From positions 480,001 to 544,000 of the forward strand of contig CAVSFC010000002.1 of the NCBI GenBank assembly GCA_963727255.1: 64,000 nt of DNA. Direction: 5' to 3'. Made by a program: the position numbers and the translations under genes. This DNA is from an uncultured bacterium (GTDB lineage: Bacteria > Babelota > Babeliae > Babelales > Vermiphilaceae). Shown piece by piece: positions 41,386 through 51,711 of the stretch (positions are counted from its first letter, which is position 1; every line of letters begins with the position of its first letter). The notes under the pieces were generated by a model. That model saw only the letters and a list, made by a program, of their open reading frames with translations, did no database searches and was not told the DNA's origin.

Positions 41386-41806
41386 GCTTACGCTTTGCCA
41401 GCTCTTCGCTCAGTTCAGCGATACGATCGCGTGCTTTATTCTTTTCATATTGCAAGGTAAATGGAGCTTTAATCAGATCTATTAATAGTTCGATTGTTCG
41501 GAATATATCTCTTACATTTTCTCGATCGCTCTGACCATGAACTGCTCTGATTAAAAAAAGCGCCCCACATGTCGCGCATAAAATACTGCCAATAACTGCC
41601 GCAGGTTGTAAAAGTGAACTGATCGTTACGGTATTATTCTCACGTATTAATTGCATAAAAATTCGTTTTGCTTTCCACTTAGTATAATCAGGCGGTGTGG
41701 TCGTGATCACAATAGTTCCTTGCAGAGGGACTTCTTCAGCTTTGATACTGCAAAAACCAGGGATGAGCAAACTAAAAAAAAATGAAAATTTTATAACGGT
41801 ATTCAT
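41369..41806 (-). CDS. Secreted/membrane hypothetical protein, paralog of 41817..42251
   Basis: Start MNTVIKF at 41806 (GAGGA Shine-Dalgarno); shared PDYxxW motif followed by a transmembrane segment. Confidence 0.65.
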   Translation of the reverse strand: MNTVIKFSFFFSLLIPGFCSIKAEEVPLQGTIVITTTPPDYTKWKAKRIFMQLIRENNTVTISSLLQPAAVIGSILCATCGALFLIRAVHGQSDRENVRDIFRTIELLIDLIKAPFTLQYEKNKARDRIAELSEELAKRKPTEIS

Positions 41807-41816
41807 GTTTTTTTCC

Positions 41817-42251
41817 TCAAACAATGAGCGATGCATCGGGATTTTGTGCCAGATGCTCATTAATTTCATCAATATTATAGCGTGCAAGAATTTTTTTATT
41901 TTCCAAACACAAATAAAGCGCTGCGAATGTGGGTGTTGCTGCTGCGCATGCGAGTATGCCCAGCGATGCACTTGGATGCCATTTTTTATTGAGCACATTA
42001 GTAGTGCATAGTAAAACCCCTGCTGCTGAAAGTAAGGTGAGCAATGCGCAGGGAACTTGGCCGGCGCAATACAAAAATACATCATTTTTTAGTTTTTTTA
42101 ATTCAGTAATTAATGTGCGCATATTCCATGTGCTATAATCAGGGCATTCATCAATAACAGAAAGGTCTGCTTGGATAGTAACTTGATCTGCTTGCAGCGT
42201 ATTAGTTAATGCTACCATTAAAAATAATGAAAAAAATATTTTAGGAACCAT
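41817..42251 (-). CDS. Secreted/membrane hypothetical protein
   Basis: Signal peptide, PDYSTW motif, two hydrophobic segments. Confidence 0.65.
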   Translation of the reverse strand: MVPKIFFSLFLMVALTNTLQADQVTIQADLSVIDECPDYSTWNMRTLITELKKLKNDVFLYCAGQVPCALLTLLSAAGVLLCTTNVLNKKWHPSASLGILACAAATPTFAALYLCLENKKILARYNIDEINEHLAQNPDASLIV

Positions 42252-42375
42252 ATATGAGCCTCAATTAATGTTTTTAAATGGTATTGAGGTTAAAAAGATA
42301 TTTTATTTTGTCAAATGAAATATGCTAGGAATAAGAGTTTATCCGAAAATTATCGTCTTAATAAAATTTATAATC

Positions 42376-42441
42376 CGCTCGTGGTGAGCTCGTCGAACCA
42401 TTCGAGCGCTCGAATCCTTCGATAAACTCAGGACGAGCGGT
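42376..42441. repeat. Palindromic REP-like element upstream of tkt
   Basis: CCGCTCGTGGTGAGCTCGTCGAACCA-TTCGAGCGCTCGAA-TCCTTCGATAAACTCAGGACGAGCGG. Confidence 0.85.
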
Positions 42442-42494
42442 CTTTCGAATTTTCGGCTAAGCTACAAACGTATTTCAGAAATAAGGATAGGTAC

Positions 42495-44441
42495 ATGTTG
42501 CACGGACAAAAAAAATTTCTTGAACACAAAGCATATAAAATTCGTCTTGAATCTTTGCAGATGACAACCGAGGCTGGATCGGGACATCCAACTTCAGCTC
42601 TTTCAGCTGCCGATCTCGTTGCAGCATTATTTTTTTATGCAATGCATTTTGATCCTAACAATTTTAACAATCTTGATAATGATCATTTTATTCTTTCAAA
42701 AGGCCATGCAAGCCCTGTGTTATATGCAGCATGGAAAGAATTAGGAAAAATCTCTGAGCAGCAATTAATGAGCTATCGGCAATTTGGTTCGCCAATTGAA
42801 GGTCATGCAACGCACAGATTTGCCTATGCTGAAGCAGCGACTGGATCATTGGGCATTGGTCTTTCAATTGGAGCGGGAATGGCGCTTGCAGACCGATTAG
42901 ATGGGCGCAATAATCGTATCTTCGTGATGATGGGCGATAGCGAGCTCACCGAAGGCTCAGTTTGGGAAGCAGCAGAAATTGCAGCCTATTATAAACTACA
43001 TAATCTTATTGGCATTGTTGATTGCAATCGATTGGGGCAAAGCACTGAAACGATTCACGGGTATCATGCGCAACGTTATGCGCAAAAATTCGAAGCATTT
43101 GGCTGGAAAACATTGGTAATTGATGGGCATGATATGCAGCAAATTATTACCGCTCTTGATAAAGCACGGACTGCCCAAGATCATCCGACGATGATCATTG
43201 CAAAAACGATTAAAGGATACGGGGTTGATCGGGTTGAAAATAAAGAAGGATTTCACGGCAAAGCATTTACTCACGAAGAGTTAAAAGAAATTCTGCCTCA
43301 ATTTGAACAACGATTTGCTTCGGCAGCTGCCAATGGCAGCTCATTTAAATGGGAGCCTACTCTTCCGGAAGTTAATAACCGCTCGAATCCTTCGACGGAC
43401 TCAGGACGAGCGGGGGGGAATATCGCAAAAGTTAAAGAAAAATCCGGTCGTGGTGAGCTTGTCGAACCATTCGAGCGGATTATAATCAAAGAACCTGGCT
43501 ATAAAAAAGGAGAAATGATCGCGACTCGAAAAGCCTACGGCCTTGCAATTACCGCTCTGGGAGCAGCATGCAAACAAGTGGTGAGTTTGGATGCGGAAGT
43601 AAAGAATTCAACATTTGCAGAAATTTTTGAAAATAAATATCCCGAAAGATTTTTCCAATGCTTTGTTGCAGAGCAGAATATGGTTGGTATGGGCATCGGC
43701 TTCGCGCGGTGCAACAAAATTCCATTTATTTCTACATTCTCATGTTTCATGACTCGCGCGCACGATCAAATCCGTATGGCTGCGATCGGTACAAGCCCTT
43801 TGCGGTTGTGCGGCTCACATGCGGGAGTTTCCATCGGGCAAGATGGCCCTTCCCAGATGGGATTGGAAGATATTGCGATGATGCGTGCACTTCCAGAATC
43901 AATTGTGCTTTATCCATGCGATTCAGTGAGCACTTATGCATTAGTAAATCAAATGGCAAATTATATCAGTGGTATTTCATATCTGCGCACAACTCGTGGA
44001 GCAACACCGGTAATTTATGATAACAATGAAAAATTTCCCATCGGTGGTTGCAAGCTGATTAAATCGAGTGGTGCTGATAGTGCTTTAATAGTTGCGGCTG
44101 GAATTACTTTGCATGAAGCGCTTAAGGCATATGATCTGCTCATTAAAGAGGGCATTTCGATTGCAGTGATCGATTTATATAGTGTTAAGCCACTTGATCT
44201 AAAAACAATTGAGCAGGTAGCCACCCGATCAGGGGATCGCATCATCACCGTTGAGGATCATTATTTGCAAGGCGGCTTAGGCGAAGCAGTAACATTTGCA
44301 CTGCGTAATACTGCGCTGGAAATTCATTGCCTTGCCGTAACAAAGTTGCCGATGTCTGGAAAGCCTGAAGAATTACTCGCATGGGCAGGCATTGATGCTA
44401 GTTCGATTGTGAAAAAAGTGAAAGAGCTGACTAAAAAATAA
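42495..44441 (+). CDS. tkt: Transketolase (in-frame palindromic insert in the inter-domain linker)
   Basis: GSGHPTS, FILSKGHA, ATGSLG, GDSELTEG..N thiamine-binding motif, GQDGPSQMGLED, VEDH. Confidence 0.94.
   Translation: MLHGQKKFLEHKAYKIRLESLQMTTEAGSGHPTSALSAADLVAALFFYAMHFDPNNFNNLDNDHFILSKGHASPVLYAAWKELGKISEQQLMSYRQFGSPIEGHATHRFAYAEAATGSLGIGLSIGAGMALADRLDGRNNRIFVMMGDSELTEGSVWEAAEIAAYYKLHNLIGIVDCNRLGQSTETIHGYHAQRYAQKFEAFGWKTLVIDGHDMQQIITALDKARTAQDHPTMIIAKTIKGYGVDRVENKEGFHGKAFTHEELKEILPQFEQRFASAAANGSSFKWEPTLPEVNNRSNPSTDSGRAGGNIAKVKEKSGRGELVEPFERIIIKEPGYKKGEMIATRKAYGLAITALGAACKQVVSLDAEVKNSTFAEIFENKYPERFFQCFVAEQNMVGMGIGFARCNKIPFISTFSCFMTRAHDQIRMAAIGTSPLRLCGSHAGVSIGQDGPSQMGLEDIAMMRALPESIVLYPCDSVSTYALVNQMANYISGISYLRTTRGATPVIYDNNEKFPIGGCKLIKSSGADSALIVAAGITLHEALKAYDLLIKEGISIAVIDLYSVKPLDLKTIEQVATRSGDRIITVEDHYLQGGLGEAVTFALRNTALEIHCLAVTKLPMSGKPEELLAWAGIDASSIVKKVKELTKK
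43379..43478. repeat. About 100-bp palindromic REP/RPE-like element inside tkt
   Basis: Bounded by the inverted pair CCGCTCGAAT / ATTCGAGCGG; arms match 42376-42441. Confidence 0.88.
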
Positions 44442-44447
44442 GTATTA

Positions 44448-45101
44448 TTATTGTAAGCCTTTGCGATTTTTGTATGCATCAAGCAAGTATTCTTGGAGGC
44501 TATTGAGTCCCATAACTTCGCGCTTCTCATTAAGCGCTTCAAAATTTTCATCGGTTAAATACCCGCTATTGAATCCCGCAATTGGTAATAGCAATTGACC
44601 ATTTTCATCGAGTTGCGTTCCATATTCTTGGGGTAAGTTACGATTGACTCGAAATCTATCAGTAAGAAAGGCGATTTGATAGGGCAAAATATGGTTTTGC
44701 TCCATTTCTTTTATCATGAGTTTCAAACACCCAAATTGAAAATCTGGATCTTCATCGGCATTGAGCGCCATCATCCAGGCAGAATGAGCGGCCACTGCAT
44801 CAAACTTTTGCATACAGGGCCAACCATACTGCGCAATGATTTTTTTTAATTTTGTAACATGGGCTCTGTTGCGAGCGCTTAATTCATAGAAATATTGTTT
44901 GCGCGGCACTAATTTTTCTTCTCGAGCCATTCGCGCTCTAATTTGTTGATTTTGAGCAAACAGTACTTTTAATTCTTCTGAAACATAATCCTGCATAATC
45001 AATGAGATCTGTGATTCAGGTTCGTGCAAGGGCTCGCTTTCCATACCATTAATACAAAGCGATGATAAGAGTAGAAAAGAAGTTACGAAGAGTACAAACA
45101 T
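44448..45101 (-). CDS. Secreted DUF6624-like protein
   Basis: LKKIIAQYGWP, AWMMALNAD.DPDFQ..CL, AFLTDR, PQEYGTQ motifs; signal peptide ending ING-ME. Confidence 0.75.
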   Translation of the reverse strand: MFVLFVTSFLLLSSLCINGMESEPLHEPESQISLIMQDYVSEELKVLFAQNQQIRARMAREEKLVPRKQYFYELSARNRAHVTKLKKIIAQYGWPCMQKFDAVAAHSAWMMALNADEDPDFQFGCLKLMIKEMEQNHILPYQIAFLTDRFRVNRNLPQEYGTQLDENGQLLLPIAGFNSGYLTDENFEALNEKREVMGLNSLQEYLLDAYKNRKGLQ

Positions 45102-45127
45102 AGCTGTGGTGCCCTCTTTGGATTAGT

Positions 45128-46078
45128 TCATGCTAAAATTTTTAGTTTACTTTTGGTATTGATGCATAAGCATTTATCTTTTTTTGACCAATCAGACTCA
45201 GATAGTTTAGCGGATTGCCTCCATGAATCGATCTCTTGGATAATGCTTGGAATTTGTGCCATAAATTTCCGTTTTACAAATTCAATATGCATGATTGAGC
45301 GATTGTTAAGCTTGATTGCCACCTGTTCAATTTTCTCATGAGCAGGGAAAAATCGTTCAGAAAATAATGCCTGAGTTTCTTTTTGTTGTAAACCCTGAGG
45401 ATCAATAATTTGCAAGATATCGAGCATTGAATAGAGCGAATATACTTTTCCAAAGCAATTGGCACATGCATACTGCTTGGTTTGTTTTTGCACCGGAGTG
45501 CCCATCAAAATGAGCTGGTTAACAAAGAAAGAAGTATCTTCAGAGTCTTTAACCTGTGCAAGCAGTAGGATTACATTGCCACCATGGCTATGCGCCAACA
45601 TTCGTATAAATGGTTCAACCCCATATTTTTTTTTATATTCTTGGCGAACTTGCTTTAAATCAAGATACAGCTTACGAGCGGCAATCTCACGTTCTTTGAA
45701 TGAAAGCTTGCCATTCCACCCAAAAAGGTAAAAATATTCGGCGCAAAATTGCTCTGGATCAGCTTCGATTAATGTAGCGGCTAATTTGCGTTGATGATAT
45801 TTTTCATCAATAGAGGTGTAATGGTTCAATCCCGGTTTGCTAAAGAAAAATTGCTCAAACATTCCATCAGGCAATAAGCGTGTGCCGTGAACCCAAATTG
45901 TTATGGAAGGGAGTGCTGGTTGAGCCTCTTGAATATTGATGGCAGTTTGAATCGGTTTGGCCGGAGTTGTAGTATTTCTAACATCAAAATGCCTCACCAT
46001 CGGTTTTTGAACGATTTGCATGCATCCTGGGATAAGAAAGGTAGTAGAAAGAAGAGCTAAAAATACGTTATTTTGCAT
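45128..46078 (-). CDS. Lipoprotein with alpha/beta hydrolase-like fold
   Basis: Lipobox IPGC, WVHGT, AHSHGGNV and LMGTPV motifs. Confidence 0.75.
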   Translation of the reverse strand: MQNNVFLALLSTTFLIPGCMQIVQKPMVRHFDVRNTTTPAKPIQTAINIQEAQPALPSITIWVHGTRLLPDGMFEQFFFSKPGLNHYTSIDEKYHQRKLAATLIEADPEQFCAEYFYLFGWNGKLSFKEREIAARKLYLDLKQVRQEYKKKYGVEPFIRMLAHSHGGNVILLLAQVKDSEDTSFFVNQLILMGTPVQKQTKQYACANCFGKVYSLYSMLDILQIIDPQGLQQKETQALFSERFFPAHEKIEQVAIKLNNRSIMHIEFVKRKFMAQIPSIIQEIDSWRQSAKLSESDWSKKDKCLCINTKSKLKILA

Positions 46079-46172
46079 AAAAATACCCCTGTATATCTTT
46101 AGTTTAGCAGGAGTATTTTAATTTGCCAGATAAGTTATATTTGCAATTTGTAAACTATCTCTATCTGGGCAT

Positions 46173-46637
46173 TTATTTATCAGCAAGTTCTGCTTCAGCA
46201 AAAACGCCACTCACTTTTTGGGTGAAGTTAGGGTTATCAACATAGCCAAGGAAACGGTCCACTTTTTTGTTATCACGAGTAAAAGTAACCTGTTTTTCTT
46301 TTCTGAAGAAGATAAACGTTGGATAATTATAGATTTTATACTCTTTGTGGAGGCCCAGCCCATCTTGGACGCTTACTTTGGCAAATTTGATATGCGGCAA
46401 TGCGCTAGCGGTTTGTTTGAAGATACCCTTACGCTGGAACGCCTGGCAAACGGGGCAATTAAGATCATGGAATTCAACAACTGCTAAAGGATTAGCCTTT
46501 AAGAACTGATCAAGTTCTTGGGAAGTTTTTATATCGATAATGGGATTATCGATAACAGCATAGAGCATGGTGGCTGCTTTAAGCGCCGCTAAACCGAGCA
46601 TCGTCGAGATAAATATTCTTTTAACATTAATTTTCAT
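46173..46637 (-). CDS. Exported thioredoxin-family protein
   Basis: CPVC and YPTF motifs. Confidence 0.8.
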   Translation of the reverse strand: MKINVKRIFISTMLGLAALKAATMLYAVIDNPIIDIKTSQELDQFLKANPLAVVEFHDLNCPVCQAFQRKGIFKQTASALPHIKFAKVSVQDGLGLHKEYKIYNYPTFIFFRKEKQVTFTRDNKKVDRFLGYVDNPNFTQKVSGVFAEAELADK

Positions 46638-47305
46638 TGTTTTTCCTCTTTTTCTTTAAGATATTCTTTTAATCCGTCTTCAGTCGCGGTCATGCCTTTT
46701 TGGCCTTTGGCCCAATTGGCAGGGCATACTTGGCCATGTTCTTGAGTGAATAAAATGGCATCAAGTATGCGCAAAACTTCATTAATTTCCCGGCCGATGC
46801 TTAAGTTGTAAATGGATCGGGCCTGCACAATATTATTTTTATCGATGATTACCAGTCCACGCAGTGCAACTCCTTCATTTTCATCAAGGACCTGATATTC
46901 AGTAGAGATTTTTTTGGTAATATCAGAAGCTACCGGATAGGTAATGCCTTGAATGCCGCCTTCATTGCGCGGCTCTTCAAGCCAACGCTGATGAGAGTAG
47001 ATTTGATCGACTGAAATGGCGATTAATACGGTATTGCGCTCTTCAAAATCTTTTAATTTTTCTTGGAATGCGAATAGTTCTGTGGGGCATATGAATGAGA
47101 AATCAGCAGGATAAAAAATAAGAATCTTGTTTTTGCCGGCATAATCGGAGAGTGAAATTTCCTTAATTTCCCCGTTAAAAACAGCTTTTGCCTTGAATTC
47201 GGGGGCAGGCTTGCCCACCAAAGTGAAGCATGCTCCCTGAACGATGCCAGGAACGAGCAAAAAACTCAGCAAAATGCTTTTTAGTACTAGGCTTTTCATA
47301 AGCAA
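46634..47305 (-). CDS. ahpC: 2-Cys peroxiredoxin (AhpC/TSA) with signal peptide
   Basis: FYPADFSFICPTE, GREINEVLR and VCPANW motifs. Confidence 0.9.
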   Translation of the reverse strand: MLMKSLVLKSILLSFLLVPGIVQGACFTLVGKPAPEFKAKAVFNGEIKEISLSDYAGKNKILIFYPADFSFICPTELFAFQEKLKDFEERNTVLIAISVDQIYSHQRWLEEPRNEGGIQGITYPVASDITKKISTEYQVLDENEGVALRGLVIIDKNNIVQARSIYNLSIGREINEVLRILDAILFTQEHGQVCPANWAKGQKGMTATEDGLKEYLKEKEEKQ

Positions 47306-47504
47306 AAAGCTCCCTTTTGCGCCAATTCATAAAGAAATATGATGGCTTAGTTAAAGGTTTATTAATTCAATATAATTATACTACTTGTCAATTTTGAAAA
47401 TCAAGGGTTTAAATAGGCGATCAATATCGCCATTCAGAGAGCAGATCTGCTATCTTTGGGCTGATTTGTATGCTATAATAAAAATAAACACCAGAGGTGA
47501 ACAC

Positions 47505-47936
47505 ATGAATATCCAAATCTGGCTATGGAGTATCCTAGCTCTCGTCTTCCTGATCCTCGAAATTGGTCATCCCGGTCTTTTTTATTTCATTTCATTTTGT
47601 TTTGGCGCTCTCAATGCTGCGCTCTTTGCATTTCTTGGCTATTCCGCTTTTTTTCAAGCAATAACTTTTTTTATAGCAACAATCGTTGCACTTTTTCTGT
47701 TGCGCAGATGCGTTAAACGTATGCGGCGTGGCACGCATGCTACAAACGTGTTCGCCTTGATTGGCAAGAAGGGCATTGTTATTGAGCAAGTGGGCCCTGA
47801 GCAACCTGGTTACGTCAAAATCCAGGGTGAAGTATGGCTTGCGCGTTCAGTTGCACAAGCTCCTTTGCCGGAAGGGAGCAAGATAACCGTTATCGATGTG
47901 CGTGGGGCACATCTGATTGTTGATCAAACTCATTAA
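47505..47936 (+). CDS. NfeD family protein
   Basis: Start MNIQIW (GAGG Shine-Dalgarno); transmembrane helices plus LIGKKG..GYVKIQGEVWLARS OB fold. Confidence 0.88.
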   Translation: MNIQIWLWSILALVFLILEIGHPGLFYFISFCFGALNAALFAFLGYSAFFQAITFFIATIVALFLLRRCVKRMRRGTHATNVFALIGKKGIVIEQVGPEQPGYVKIQGEVWLARSVAQAPLPEGSKITVIDVRGAHLIVDQTH

Positions 47937-47953
47937 TATTAGGAGGATATCCT

Positions 47954-48952
47954 ATGGATATTTTTACCATGTATCTGGTATATGGGACCCTTTTCGCGCT
48001 CGGATTTCTTGCGCTCATGATTTTTGTAAGCAAAATGGTATATCTGGTCCGGCAAGCAGAATCGATAATCATCGAGCGGCTGGGCAAATATGATCGCACG
48101 CTTGGGCCTGGATTGCATGTGGTAATGCCATTTATTGAACGGCCTCGTGGCGCTTTATGGAGTTTTTTTGAGCACATTGATGGTCGGCGCTATCAGCGCT
48201 ACAGCAATTATGTAACGCGTATTGATATGCGTGAATCGGTCTATGATTTTCCAAAGCAAAATGTGATCACCAAAGATAACGTGACCATGGAAATCAGCGC
48301 ATTGCTCTATTATCAAATTACTGATCCAAAGGCAGCAATTTATGAAGTTGCTAATTTGCCTGAAGCAATTGAAAAGCTTACGCAAACAACTTTGCGAAAT
48401 GTGATTGGAGCGATGGATCTTGATCAAACATTGGTGTCTCGCGATTATATTAATGAAAAGTTGCGCATCATTCTTGATGAAGCAAGCGATAAATGGGGCG
48501 TTAAGGTAAATCGCGTTGAGCTGCAAGAAGTAAATCCGCCTGCTGATATTCGTCATGCAATGGAAAAACAGATGCGTGCCGAGCGTGATCGCCGTGCATT
48601 AATTTTAGAAGCAGAAGGATTAAAGCGGCTGCAATTTTAAAAGCTGAAGGGGTTCAAGAATCTGATGTCTTGCAAGCCAAGGGTGAAGCGCAAGCGCGAA
48701 TCATTAATGCTGAATCCGAAGCTGAAGCGCGCTTAAAGATTGCGCAAGCTGAAGCAGAAGCGATTGATGATGATGCAAAAGGCGATACCCAATGGCGATC
48801 CAATGCCGTATCTTATTGGCATGCAATATATCAAAACATTGCCTGAAATGATGAAAGGCAAAGATGATAAGATGATCTTGGTTCCGTATGAAGCCAGCTC
48901 TTTGGTTGGATCATTGGCTTCGATTAAGAAGATTTTTGAAAACATTAAATAA
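47954..48952 (+). CDS. SPFH/stomatin-like protein (QmcA-like), frameshifted 3' part
   Basis: IERLGKY, QNVITKDNV, QTTLRNVIG, WGVKVNRVE and QMRAERDRRA motifs. Confidence 0.9.
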
Positions 48953-48967
48953 AAATATTCGATTTAT

Positions 48968-49022
48968 TATAAGGCCTCCCGAGGCTTGGCGCTAATGCCG
49001 GCAATGGGAGGTCTTATTTTTC
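48968..49022 (+). terminator. Putative intrinsic terminator
   Basis: ATAAGGCCTCCC..GGGAGGTCTTAT followed by a T tract. Confidence 0.55.
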
Positions 49023-49134
49023 TATGAAAACCCTTTAATTACAGCATTTCTTTATATTTATTTACAAATAGAAATCATAAATGATACCCTTGGAATAGAA
49101 AGATATAGTTCAGAATAAACAAGGGAATTTTGCT

Positions 49135-50373
49135 ATGAAACGGCTATTACTCATTCTCAGCACACTTGTGCTTTCGGCCCAGGCAATGGAATTGCCACCG
49201 AGAGAGGCCAAACAGCTTTCATTGCTGGAGCTTTTACCCGATGAGCTTAAGGTACAAATTTTCCAAGCATTAACCTCAGTCGAAACAGAAAAAAAAGATG
49301 TGGCCCTAGCGCAAGCTGCCAAAAATATTCGTGCCTTGAGTGTAACAAGCAAGACATTTGCAATTTTAGCAAAAGATAAAATATTGACTGGTGAACTTAT
49401 TAAAGAATTAGCTCAACGCTATACCGATGGCGATTTGGTTAAAGCAGCCATTGCATTAGGAACTGATGCAGCGAGTGAATGGATCACCTCTCTAGAAAAT
49501 CCATATATCCAAGGTGCCATCTCGGATAAATTGGTGGAAGCATGTAAGAAAGGTGACATTAAAGTTATGCAGTTTTTATTGAAGTATCTTCCTAAAGATC
49601 GAGTAGATGTGGAGGTGGATGGTAAAACTCCATTAATGATTGCTGCTCAATCGGGAGATGAAAAGGTTGTTGATTTATTGCTTGTTGCGGGAGCAGATGT
49701 TAATGCGCAAGATGATAAATTCAAGCAGACTCCTTTGATGCAAGCAGTAATTGGATCTGGATATCCAGGAGCCCTTTTAGTAATAGAGCGCTTATTGAAA
49801 GCACCATTGATTGATCTTAAGAAAAAAAATTGGCGCGGAAATACTGCATTGCAAGTAGCTATACTATTTCCCCGAGGTGATGAGTATGCAATAGTAAATA
49901 AGTTAATTGGGGCGGGAGCGGATGTTAACACCCAAAATAATGACGGTCAAACTCCTCTCATGAATCTAATTCATGGGGTTAATATAAGCAAAACAAGAGA
50001 ACTCGTAGATTTATTACTTTTTGCGGGCGCGGATCCAAATATACAAGATAATGAAGGAACTACTGCATTGATGATAGCTTCAAATTATAGCTCACAATTT
50101 TTAGTGCAATTGTTGCTAAGTAACAATGCTGCTAAAGCAGGTATTGATAAGCAGGACAATCGAGGGCAAACAGCATTAATTATAGCCGCGCGATGGGGGC
50201 TTTATGATATAGTTGACCAGTTACTTGAGGCGGGTGCAGATCCGAATTTAAAAGATAAAAATGGCGCTACTGCATTATGGTATTTACAAGAGTCATCGAG
50301 GATGGCTAAAGCGAGCTCTCCTGAGAAGAGGGCTGCGATCATTACATTGCTCAAGGAATATGGAGCAAAATAA
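49135..50373 (+). CDS. Secreted ankyrin-repeat protein with F-box-like N-terminal motif (ank1)
   Basis: AQA-ME; LLELLPDELKVQIF; several GxTPLxxA..LLxAGAD repeats. Confidence 0.88.
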   Translation: MKRLLLILSTLVLSAQAMELPPREAKQLSLLELLPDELKVQIFQALTSVETEKKDVALAQAAKNIRALSVTSKTFAILAKDKILTGELIKELAQRYTDGDLVKAAIALGTDAASEWITSLENPYIQGAISDKLVEACKKGDIKVMQFLLKYLPKDRVDVEVDGKTPLMIAAQSGDEKVVDLLLVAGADVNAQDDKFKQTPLMQAVIGSGYPGALLVIERLLKAPLIDLKKKNWRGNTALQVAILFPRGDEYAIVNKLIGAGADVNTQNNDGQTPLMNLIHGVNISKTRELVDLLLFAGADPNIQDNEGTTALMIASNYSSQFLVQLLLSNNAAKAGIDKQDNRGQTALIIAARWGLYDIVDQLLEAGADPNLKDKNGATALWYLQESSRMAKASSPEKRAAIITLLKEYGAK

Positions 50374-51635
50374 TGAAAAAAAATATTAATTTATTACTGC
50401 TCGCAACATTAACATTCTCGGCACAGGCAATGGAATTGCCAACCAAGCAGCTTTCTTTGCTTGAGGTTTTACCCGATGAGCTTAAGGTGGAAATTTTCAA
50501 AGCCTTAACCTCAGTTGAAAAAGAAACAAAAGATAAGGCATTAGCGCAAGCTGCCAAAAATATTCGTGCCTTGAGTGTAACGAGTAGCACATTTGCAGTT
50601 TTAGCGAAAGATAAAAAATTGACCGGTGAGCTTATTAAAGAATTAGCGGACCGATATACCGATGGCGATTTGGTTAAAGCAGCCATTGCATTAGGAACTG
50701 ATGCAGCGAGCGAATGGATTACATCTCAAGAGAATCTCTCTGTTCAAGGTGCTATATCGGAAAAGCTTATGCAAGCGAGCAAGGATGGAAATATAGCAGT
50801 TGCGAAGTTCTTATTGAAGTATTTGCCAAAAGATCGAGTGGATGTAATGGTAAATGGTCAAACGTCATTAATGGTTGCTTCAGCCTGGGGCCAGATAAAG
50901 ATTATTGACTTGTTGCTTGCCGCAGGAGCTGATGTTAATGCCCAAGGCTTTTTTGGAACTCCTTTGACCCTTGCATTACGTATCAGTACATACCCTGGAT
51001 CACCGGAGTATGAGGAAAATGCAGTTAATGCAGTAGTAGAACGATTATTAAAAGTGCCATCGATTAACCTTAATGAAAAAAACGATAACGGAGATACAGC
51101 ATTACAACTCGTGATAGGAGTGTATGGAGATGCCGCATATTCATTAGCAAAACAGCTAATCGCCAGTGGCGCAGAAGTAAATACGAAAAATCTTTCAGGA
51201 GAGACTCCTCTTATGGATGCAGTCTCCGGGGATTCTATACTGATAATAGATTTATTATTTTTTGCCGGTGCAGATCCAAATATTCAGAGTAACAATGGAA
51301 ATACTGCCTTGATGATTGCTGCAAGGAGTGGCGCCAAAGATATGGTGCAAGCATTGCTTAATGCAAAAGCTGATCTTAATAAAAAGAATAATGATGGTCT
51401 AACGGCATTATATATAGCGTGGACCCACGATAATTTTGATGTCGTGGAACAGCTTCTTCGAGCTGGCGCAGATCCAAATATTGAAGATAATCTGGGGTAT
51501 TCTTTCCTAGAAAGGGTGGATCTTCCAGCAACTACATCGAGAGATGAACTTATTGCATGGGTTAAAGCGCAGGCTAAAAGACATCAGATCGAAGTTGGAG
51601 AATATGAATATCCGGCTGAAGAGGATGAAGAATAA
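50373..51635 (+). CDS. Secreted ankyrin-repeat protein with F-box-like N-terminal motif (ank2)
   Basis: Paralog of ank1 with an acidic tail. Confidence 0.88.
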   Translation: MKKNINLLLLATLTFSAQAMELPTKQLSLLEVLPDELKVEIFKALTSVEKETKDKALAQAAKNIRALSVTSSTFAVLAKDKKLTGELIKELADRYTDGDLVKAAIALGTDAASEWITSQENLSVQGAISEKLMQASKDGNIAVAKFLLKYLPKDRVDVMVNGQTSLMVASAWGQIKIIDLLLAAGADVNAQGFFGTPLTLALRISTYPGSPEYEENAVNAVVERLLKVPSINLNEKNDNGDTALQLVIGVYGDAAYSLAKQLIASGAEVNTKNLSGETPLMDAVSGDSILIIDLLFFAGADPNIQSNNGNTALMIAARSGAKDMVQALLNAKADLNKKNNDGLTALYIAWTHDNFDVVEQLLRAGADPNIEDNLGYSFLERVDLPATTSRDELIAWVKAQAKRHQIEVGEYEYPAEEDEE

Positions 51636-51690
51636 TGAAGTCTATTTATAGAGGAACCATCTCATTTGGATTAGTGAGCATACCAATCCT
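51635..51690 (+). pseudogene. Orphan duplicate of the 5' end of the Ku gene
   Basis: Encodes MKSIYRGTISFGLVSIP versus Ku MKSIWKGTISFGLVSIP at 52911. Confidence 0.8.
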
Positions 51691-51711
51691 AATAACCAAG
51701 GGAATTTTGGT

